Positions 55,491 through 64,000 of a stretch of 64,000 nucleotides of DNA are shown one piece after another (position 1 is the stretch's first letter; each line of letters starts with the position of its first letter). The position numbers and the translations under genes are program-made. Under the pieces are notes generated by a model. That model did no database searches and was not told where the DNA came from. It worked only from the letters and a program-made list of their open reading frames with translations. The DNA comes from Lytechinus pictus (Eukaryota): positions 6,016,001-6,080,000 of the forward strand of contig NC_087252.1 of NCBI RefSeq assembly GCF_037042905.1. Reading direction: 5' to 3'.

Positions 55491-55907
55491 TGATTCTTAC
55501 GGATTTTTACGCATTCTTACGGATTCTTACTCATTCTTACGGATTCTTACTCATTCTTACGGATTCTTACGGATGTTTACTCATTCTTACTCATTCTTAC
55601 TCATTCTTACGGATTTTTTACGGATTCTTACGGATGTTTACTCATTCTTACTCATTCTTACTCATTCTTACGGATTTTTTACGGATTCTTACGGATGTTT
55701 ACGGATTCTTACGGATGTTTACGGATTCTTACTCATTCTTACGGATTCTTACTCATTCTTACGGATTCTTACGGATGTTTACGGATTCTTACTCATTCTT
55801 ACTCATTCTTACTCATTCTTACTCATTCTTACGGATTCTTACTCATTCTTACGGATTCTTACGGATTTTTTACGGATTCTTAGGGATGTTTACGGATCCT
55901 TACGGAT
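55491..55907 (+). repeat. 10-bp variant tandem array (ACGGATTCTT / ACTCATTCTT / ACGGATGTTT / 11-bp ACGGATTTTTT), ~41 units
   Basis: Direct reading of sequence. Confidence 0.95.
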
Positions 55908-55950
55908 CCACGTTGGAATGACCCATGCTGTGGGTCATTCTAGCGTGGAT
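55906..55950 (+). other. 20-bp hairpin in the unique centre of the element
   Basis: atccacgttggaatgaccca-tgctg-tgggtcattctagcgtggat: 18 Watson-Crick pairs plus two G:T(U) wobble pairs on the + strand. Confidence 0.75.
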
Positions 55951-55989
55951 GAACATATTTTCCTTGAGATTATATGAAAGCATTGATTA

Positions 55990-56436
55990 ATCCGTAAGGA
56001 TCCGTAAGAATGAGTAAGAATCCGTAAGAATGAGTAAGAATCCGTAAGAATGAGTAAGAATCCGTAAACATCCGTAAGAATCCGTAAAAAATCCGTAAGA
56101 ATGAGTAAGAATGAGTAAGAATGAGTAAGAATGAGTAAGAATCCGTAAACATCCGTAAGAATCCGTAAGAATGAGTAAGAATCCGTAAGAATGAGTAAGA
56201 ATCCGTAAACATCCGTAAGAATCCGTAAACATCCGTAAGAATCCGTAAAAAATCCGTAAGAATGAGTAAGAATGAGTAAGAATGAGTAAACATCCGTAAG
56301 AATCCGTAAAAAATCCGTAAGAATGAGTAAGAATGAGTAAGAATGAGTAAACATCCGTAAGAATCCGTAAGAATGAGTAAGAATCCGTAAGAATGAGTAA
56401 GAATCCGTAAGAATGCGTAAAAATCCGTAAGAATCA
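55990..56436 (-). repeat. 10-bp variant tandem array, right copy, ~44 units
   Basis: Reverse complement of the left array, ~30 bp longer, with a different unit order at its inner end. Confidence 0.95.
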
Positions 56437-56466
56437 AAGTACCTTCGCGCGCGTTTCATGATTACG

Positions 56467-56502
56467 TATAATTACAAGTTTGAACGTTAATTTTCTTCAT
56501 TT
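56467..56502 (+). promoter_or_regulatory. Candidate core promoter of the zinc-finger gene (TATAATTA plus Inr-like TCATTT)
   Basis: TATA-like element at 56467, TCATTT at 56497-56502, ATG at 56528; preceded by ttcgcgcgcg; mirrored at 55425-55460 on the - strand. Confidence 0.4.
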
Positions 56503-56527
56503 CCCAACAAATAATCATCGAGTCAGC

Positions 56528-57178
56528 ATGAATATATTGGATATGTCCAACCGTTACGCTTGTTCACGATGCGATAAAACTTTTAGTAGGAAATATAACA
56601 TGCAGAGGCATGAACAAATTGAGCATGATACTGGAGAAGAAACGAGTGAAGATGAAGAATCCGACCCATCCTCTCAAATGCAAAGAGTTGAAGAATCCAA
56701 CGGTGATTCCGAAACGAGCGTATCAGAAAGCGATGGACACGAATCGTCAATGACAGCAAACATGGAAGAAACTGAAGACAACCTCGCTTATCGAGGATGG
56801 TTAGAGCAAGCCATGACGGCCACCAAGGACTTGAGAGACGAAAAATATCAGAAATACATCTCAGAAGGAATGGAAGAAGAAGACGCTAAAGCAAAGGCTC
56901 ACGTGAAACTAATGTGGGCAGTCAAACGCATCTTTTTCGATCTGTACTCTCAGTTCTTGCAGCAGAACGTGTACCTCGAAGACGCTGACATCAATCGTGA
57001 AATCGTGTCCGATCTCACGGAAAGATTAGAGAATGGCATGGAATTCCGGAAAGCCGTACAGAGAGTGTTAGCCAGGCATGGTTCACAATTCGATGGTTTA
57101 TTCCAGTATCAAGGTGACGATGACGATAATGATGATGGTGGAGAAGAAACGGAGGGTGAAGATGGAACCTACAACTAA
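56528..57178 (+). CDS. C2H2 zinc-finger protein, 216 aa; right copy, identical to the left
   Basis: Identical translation to 54749-55399; AATAAA signals downstream near 57487 and 57502. Confidence 0.8.
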   Translation: MNILDMSNRYACSRCDKTFSRKYNMQRHEQIEHDTGEETSEDEESDPSSQMQRVEESNGDSETSVSESDGHESSMTANMEETEDNLAYRGWLEQAMTATKDLRDEKYQKYISEGMEEEDAKAKAHVKLMWAVKRIFFDLYSQFLQQNVYLEDADINREIVSDLTERLENGMEFRKAVQRVLARHGSQFDGLFQYQGDDDDNDDGGEETEGEDGTYN

Positions 57179-57680
57179 AGGCACAAACATCAGCTTGTCG
57201 AATAATCCAAGAAAACGCCGTCAACATAAATGCGGGCATAAATGACAGTTTGAACTTCATTGTGTTCATATTTTCTGAATGCCATCCATAGACATGTGTT
57301 ACAATCCAATAAGTTAAGCGAAGGGAAAGAAAAAAACGAGAACTTCACTTTAATATTAACAATGAACAGTTAATTATTTTGTTGTGACAACGTAATTTGA
57401 GAACATATCTTACATTATTTTTACCTTTGTATCAAAATCTGCTGTTTATACACTAATTGAACCTATCTACATTGAAATGGAATAGAATAAATGATAGTAA
57501 TAATAAAGAATCATCCTTGACTGTATAGTGTTTCATGTTATCACCATATGTACTGCGGATGAATGAAGTTGATTTAAAGGAGTCATCTACTGGTTTCAAT
57601 ATAGTATACTTTTGCGGGTCAGAGAGCCGGGCAGTTAATATGAAAAGTATGAAAAGTATGAACAAAACAGTATGAAAAAG

Positions 57681-57872
57681 TCAAAGAGTTTTGATGTGTA
57701 AAAGTCTGGAATGAGTAGAGCTTGAGATGTCACTATTATAATCACATGTTGGATTACCAATCATTGTTGTAATAAGAGGCAGAGAGGGCCGGCTTTCACC
57801 TTGAATATGATCTCCCACCAGAAGGAGACGAAGCATGGCTTCGTCCTCGGTGCTCCACTGCGTTTGACTCAT
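57681..57872 (-). CDS. Mirror copy of the 63-aa hypothetical ORF
   Basis: Identical translation in the ORF track. Confidence 0.25.
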   Translation of the reverse strand: MSQTQWSTEDEAMLRLLLVGDHIQGESRPSLPLITTMIGNPTCDYNSDISSSTHSRLLHIKTL

Positions 57873-58014
57873 GATTCACCTTTGGACCGGCAAATATACC
57901 TTTCTTCCTTTCCTCTTCATACGCTTCCCACACTTTCTCCCAGTTCCTCCAAAATTCAAAACCTATGTACGGCTCTCTCCAAAGCGCAAACAACATCCAC
58001 ACGGTTATCAACAT
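57796..58014 (-). CDS. Mirror copy of the 72-aa hypothetical ORF
   Basis: Identical translation in the ORF track. Confidence 0.3.
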   Translation of the reverse strand: MLITVWMLFALWREPYIGFEFWRNWEKVWEAYEEERKKGIFAGPKVNHESNAVEHRGRSHASSPSGGRSYSR

Positions 58015-58168
58015 GGCATGTAGATAAATTGGTGTTCCTGCGGCAGAGCTGTTCTGGTTAGTCCGAGGTCCAGAATGCGCCGGGTGTCCAAGTTGGCGGG
58101 TTTTATAGCACGCGCTGCTTTTTACTCTTTCTTTAAGATTCACCCCCATCATTTCCGGGTTGAAGCGT

Positions 58169-58429
58169 GGCGTCCCCACGCCGACCCTCATTATCCAATT
58201 AAAATCGCGTCCCGCGTTTCATTATCCAATTAAGATGGCGTCCCCACGCGGAGTCATTATCCAATTAAAATCGCGTCCCCACGCGGAGTCATTATCCAAT
58301 TAAAATCGCGTCCCCACGCGGAGTCATTATCCAATTAAAATCGCGTCCCGCGCTTCATTATCCAATTAAAATCGCGTCCCGCGCTCCATTATCCAATTAA
58401 AATCGCTTCCCGCGCTCCATTATCCAATT
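58169..58429 (-). repeat. Subterminal 31-35-bp tandem array, right copy
   Basis: Reverse complement of 53498-53758. Confidence 0.9.
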
Positions 58430-58565
58430 TCCTGTTTACCGCGTACCCAAAGGTCAAAGGTCATGATTGACCGGAAGGTGGGGTCACGGGGTCAACAGTG
58501 ACCGGAAGTTGGGGTCAAAGGTCACTCAAAGGTCAAATTGGTATGAGGTCTATCCTATAACTACT

Positions 58566-58571
58566 TATTCT
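58566..58571 (+). repeat. Right target-site duplication TATTCT
   Basis: Matches 53356-53361. Confidence 0.9.
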
Positions 58572-59909
58572 GTAATACATTACATTTTGTGAATCTGAAT
58601 ATCTAAATAAAGGCACGAAGGTAAAGCATATTCTTCGAACTTGGACATTTTCAAAACGCTCAATTTTATTTTGAATTCGTCAGGTTTGGGACTGTGTGAA
58701 TCCCGCTATTACTTACAAAAAAAGGTCATTTGTACTTTAAGCATCTTCCAAACAACATTTACTTCTCAAAGGGTATGAGCAAAACGAACTTGAGTGAAAT
58801 ATTTAGCCTTTGCAACTCTTACCATGAAGCTTTGATTGCCCGGGGATCAGCGAACCAAAATTTGGCTGACGTTTTAGTAGGTAGGGAGGACACTAACAGT
58901 TTTTAAATGGATTTGCCGTTTAAACTTGAGCCTTGAGTGAAGGGAAAGTGAAAGGATTTGATATAAACTTGTCCATCTCTTCCTAGTGTCACATGTCTCG
59001 AACATTTATTGTGAATCCTAAAGGCAACGAGTTAGAGGTTCCCAGTTCCGCTTCTCTCTTTCTATTTCCAAAAAGAGCGAGTTTCTTGCAAAGTTTTGGC
59101 ATCTTTTTACACACAAACGTTGAATATGTTAAACAATTAAAGATCATATAAGAATAATGAACAAATGACTTCATTAACATGTTCTACAAATCAATAGATA
59201 AATAGAATAATGCATATTAATAAGGAAAAAGTAGAAATATATACATGTATATATTAATAAAGAAAATCAAATAAATCAGTAGATAATATCGGCTGATTAG
59301 ATAATGAAATAAAAAGAAAAAGAAAATGAAAAAATAATGACAACCTAATAGAATATTTGAAAGTGCTCATTTATTCATATCAGCATGATGATAATAATCC
59401 GTCTATGGTTTTTTTTTTGATGAACAATTATTTCCCGCCATGAATTTGTGCCTATTTTTGTGAAATTCACTTGGATCGATTCATACTGAATTCTCATTAT
59501 ACCAATCAATATGGCAATTTTTCAATCAACAAATGCTAAATGAATCATTAGTTTTCTATCCGATCATAACCAGAAAACGACCCAGTGGCGACATTTTGAC
59601 ATTTGGAGGTTTTCTGGGAAGTTGTTTACGAATTCGGAATATGAGCTTTCCATTTGCCTGACTTTATGAGAAATAATGGTTGGAGATATGCTATCCCGTG
59701 CCTGGTAAAAATCAAGTGATTTTAGGACGTTAAATCTTAGTTTCAAAAGACACCAACATATTTTATTGAAGTTTTCGAGCGTATATCAATGTTATTTTGA
59801 AATCAAAGGCCATATAGCTACTGATATAGGACTTCCGCGATAACATCACAACCCTGAAAATTATAAATTATATGTATATTATATGAATTGCCACCCTCCC
59901 CCACCCCTC

Positions 59910-59985
59910 CATCTCTCTCACACACAGACACACATACCCACAAACACACACACACTACCTCTCTCTCCCACCCCCTCCTCTCTCT

Positions 59986-60067
<82 letters not shown>

Positions 60068-60108
60068 TCTTCTCTTGCCATCTCTCAATCACACACACAC
60101 ACACACTC
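59910..60108. repeat. Compound (CA)/(CT)/(TA) microsatellite
   Basis: Direct reading of sequence. Confidence 0.9.
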
Positions 60109-63100
60109 AAATACTTTCAATGATTTCACATCTACTATAGATGAGTAAATACTAATACTTGAGGTTGTCCATCATAGAAACTCTTCGTCTTCCACCTTCT
60201 CTCTCCAACAATTACCTCCCAACTCCCTCCTTTTTATCCCCCATCCCTTTGTCAATCTGCCCCTCACTTTTAGGTATCTTTATCCTCCCTCCTAGCCGTA
60301 TTCTTGTGTTTCTACTTAAAATTAGCTAGACATGTATTTCCCCCGCAAAATGATTACATAAAGCGTGGGCTCGAGAGATAGATAAGGGAGAGGAAGAGAA
60401 AATGGGGGGATAGGGGGGGAGGAGAGAACAGGAGAGAGGAAGAAAATGTCTTGCACAAGTTGAGATGCACAAGTGCGACGTGGGATGTCTTTTTGTATGT
60501 ACTATCCACTCACCATAATTCAAACAAAATCAATACAGCAATAACAAAACGAGACACAGGAGAATCAACAACTAGAAACTACTTTTTAAATGATAGAGAC
60601 TGAGGTGTGAGACATACAAGAAGAACTAGAGTTCACTGATCGTATACGAGATCGAATAAAGGTTACTATACGATGAATCTGAAGTTACAGGTAGATGGGA
60701 CGGGTATAAGTGGGAAGCATCCCGGGATTGGGATGGTAATATTCTCTTGATTTTCCACACCTCTTCGATAAGAATTCCCCATGTCGCTATGACCCCCTGG
60801 GGTTATTAAGGAACCTCGCTCCTCTCCTCTATATTTTGTAATGGGATTGGCTTGATTAAATTAAAGTGTAGTATGCCCGTTAACCAGTAGACTACCTTTC
60901 CTATCTCCTCTCAGGTAATACCTTCTCAAAGAAGAATAAGAAACTGTTATGCTGCAGGGGTTCTCAAACCCATATTTCCATGCCAGCATTTTCAGCAACC
61001 CTTTTCACACGTTAATGTGCCATATACGACAACCGGACATCTTATTTGTTTCTGCTATAAAATCAATAAGTAATCAAATTAATTAGAGGGGAAAATGCAT
61101 GAAATAATGTGAGGCTAGTTCAGATGTCTTTTACTCCTTTATTTTAATTAGGTTTTATCATGTTTTATCGGAGGTGATATTGTGTCATGATTTTTATTCC
61201 GAAATATGATTAAAAATTATTAAGAAGGTAATTTTGATATAAAACCATATAACACTGTCATACGCCGCTTTCCTATCCAAAAGTCTGTTGCATTGCTATA
61301 CATTTCTGTAACGGAAAAGAAAGAATAATGGTTGTTTTCACCAGCAAAAAAAGACATATTGCACTCGAAGTAGGATTATAGGCCGACTACCAAAACACAT
61401 TCCAGTGGTAAGACGATTAAATTGTATTCACATTTTCAACGCAAAAAATAGGACTTCTTAAGTACATTGTAGTGTATTTCTGCAGAAGTGGGTAACTTCT
61501 CTATTCATTCATGACGCTTTAAATTTGATCAAAACATTGAAAACGTGCGATATTTTACAGACCGATCTGTTCCATATACATATCAAACAGTTAATCTCAC
61601 ACTTCACTCTTTTCGCTAAGCAGGTCCAAAGAGATTAAACTGCGTGCAACCAGTCTACGAGTAATGTCGAATCCATTGCTTTATAACACGGTGGTGATGA
61701 GTGAAGATCTTTAGCAGCAAGCACTGGAAAGGCATATGTGGGACTAAAGTGAATTACAATGTCTGCCTGGGGACCTGCCATTATAGAGAATGTCATTGGT
61801 AATATCCTTAAACGATCAACGTCCTTCGACTGATTGCTTGCCGATTAGCCGATTTCCTTCTCCACTTTTGGATTAATTTTCTTGATTTGGGTAAAACCAA
61901 AATCTGCCATCCGTCTTATCCCCTAGCTATATTCATCAAAATCGTATTCTATCAATCTTGTATCAGTGTCCATATGCGAATCTGAGGAATGTGAAGCAAT
62001 TTCCCTACATGATAAGAAATCAACTTGAAAAGGTGAACATGAAAGATTTATCATAATTTTATTTTTATTTACTAGGTGTTATTTTTATTTACTAGTTTGT
62101 GACTATGCTTGATTTGTGGACCAAATAGTGATAGGTAAACATCAATCTCTTTCCCGCGAATATTACGATAAGCAAATTGCAACTTTGCATTTAGCATAAA
62201 AAGAAGTAACCATAGAAGTACCCGTTGAAGTATGTACGGGATGATTTTGTCTCATTGTCACCAGTCTCCCCTTCCCTTCCCCTCTCTCTTTCTCTCTCTC
62301 TGCCCCCCCCCCCCCTCCCACACACACACACACGCTCACATATTCTCAATCTAAATATGTTAGAAAATATTTATATGATTAAACACTTTTGAAATACTTA
62401 TAAACTTACTACTTATAAAATGGTTCGTTAATTTATATGACGTTAAGTGGGAGGGATTATAAAGAAAAGTAAAATATCGAAGCTTCCTGTCAATATACAA
62501 GATTACTTTGCAAATTCAATCGGGCAAAATTGCGAATGTAGGTCGAAAACCAGACACTTTCGATTCATCCCTACCAATGGTTTATAATGATGTATTTTTA
62601 TCTGCTATGTATATCTTTGCACCTGTGCCCCGGGCAGACGTCTCCCATCATCAATTACATCTCAGATTACTTTTAATCAGACCAGAGTCAGAACATTTTC
62701 AGCTATCAATATTGAAACAGAATCTGCGATACCTGTATTAAAGAGGAATGTGTTTTGATGCTGGCCTTGTGCATAGTCGTTGAGAATGTCTACAGGCAAA
62801 TCTGCCGACATATATTTAGACATTGTAATCCTTTGGACCTGAAATTGTGTCTGCAATATTGACGGCCAAGCAAGTGGGCATGTTTAAAGGGGATATAAAT
62901 GATGCAACATGCCGTAGATCATGACATTGTCTTATCTTCTTGAATGTTAGCCATGTTAGTTATGTGTGAAAGTTTCCCACGTTTTGTCCATTTGTTATTT
63001 CACTCGTTCCTAATTCTTGAAATCTTTATTGGAATGTGTGACAAACTATTAAAAAAGGGGGGTTAATGATTTTTATTATGTAGTAATTCATCACTTAATC

Positions 63101-64000
63101 TAACATTCAAATCGTTCAGAACAAATGGATAAAAACATAGAAGGGAGAACGCCCAGGGCTTATCTTAGTAAACAGAATAAGCAGGGCATATTCCATTCTG
63201 CAGAATAAAACAAAATAAAAACATAAATCAGATAAATCTACGAACATGATGAAGGATAGACCAAAATCTAACACGCAGGCAGAGACAGCACCGACAAAGC
63301 AGGGGAGAGAGTAAAAGAAATCTCTTGGATATTCGGAATATGCCTATCGTTTATTGCTATGATTATTTCCAGGTGGAACCAAGTAGTCCCCTTGTCGGTT
63401 TATTAAAATAAACTACCAAGAGTTACAAAGAGGTATACTGGCACGCTGAAATGGAAACAGTATAGTTTGGTTTACACGGGCAATATTTTTCCTAATTCAA
63501 ATCGCTGCGGGATCGTCGGCTTGCAGCCTACATCTAAATTACAATCCTCGTGGAAGACTTCATTTCCAATTACCCCAAAATATATCTGATCTTCAGGAGG
63601 CTGCATCTGGGTCGCACCCAATACCCTCTTCTGGGATAACTTCTTGATGACCTCCTTGTACCAATTGTTGATGATATTTGAGTACACAATATAAATAATG
63701 TACATCCCCCCCCCCCGGTCCCCATTCCACAGAGGGGAGACATTTGAAGGACCTCTGAACGACCAAAAATTGGCAAGGTCTTACAGTCTCAAAGATAACT
63801 GAAAATTTTCATCTCTGTGGAATGACTCTGAAAGACCCCTCAAAAAACAATGAAAGACTGATGGATATATCTTGTCTTACTGGTCTTAGACTAGTCCTAT
63901 AGAGGTCTTTCAATTGTATTTCAGAGATCTTTTTATAGAACAAGTGATCTTTCAGAATTCTTCCCATGGATTTTGCCCGGTCTTTCAATTATCTTTCACT

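Larger units (their letters stand above)
53362..55837 (+). repeat. Left arm of giant inverted repeat (~2,476 bp)
   Basis: Reverse complement of 56090-58565; I saw no mismatch in the segments compared until position 55838 within the 10-bp array. Confidence 0.9.
53362..58565. mobile_element. Non-autonomous, almost fully palindromic Maverick/Polinton-type element (5,204 bp)
   Basis: Ends AGTAGTTATAGG...CCTATAACTACT; 6-bp TSD TATTCT; all mirrored ORF coordinates sum to 111927 and give identical proteins; no transposase, integrase or polymerase ORF. Confidence 0.85.
56090..58565 (-). repeat. Right arm of giant inverted repeat
   Basis: Reverse complement of 53362-55837. Confidence 0.9.

Noticed and set aside
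55468..56459. Long repetitive ORFs (MKRARRYFDSYGFLRILT..., 143-174 aa) on both arms
   Set aside because: They arise because the 10-bp unit has no stop codon on one strand, so several frames are open at once; no independent evidence of coding
53362..58565. Palindrome as a pure assembly or chimeric-read artefact
   Set aside because: Symmetry ends exactly at AGTAGT termini bounded by a 6-bp TSD, and the centre is asymmetric with unique sequence; not fully excluded without raw reads
63472..63705. 77-aa minus-strand ORF with protein-like composition
   Set aside because: No recognisable domain and no convincing splice sites; cannot be supported by eye

Overview
AT-rich, microsatellite- and MITE-rich eukaryotic (animal) genomic DNA. 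The repeat families suggest an invertebrate deuterostome such as a sea urchin, but that is inference. I could not support any host protein-coding exon in the 64 kb, and nearly all ORF-track entries are low-complexity or repeat-derived. The dominant feature is a 5,204-bp element at 53362-58565 that is almost entirely one palindrome. It has 5'-AGTAGT...ACTACT-3' ends and a perfect 6-bp target-site duplication (TATTCT), the hallmarks of Maverick/Polinton elements, yet it lacks integrase, protein-primed PolB, ATPase, protease and capsid genes. Each ~2.5-kb arm carries, from the outside in: a TGACC/CTTCCGG motif cluster, eight 31-35-bp subterminal repeats, a TATA/Inr promoter with short ORFs, an outward-pointing 216-aa C2H2 zinc-finger gene, and a ~40-unit 10-bp variant repeat array. 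An ~82-bp unique centre contains a strand-specific 20-bp hairpin. I interpret it as a recently integrated, non-autonomous, fold-back (snap-back-like) mini-Polinton. The rest of the window holds two tRNA-derived SINE copies, a Helentron-like element with an internal satellite, several MITE families and long microsatellites.
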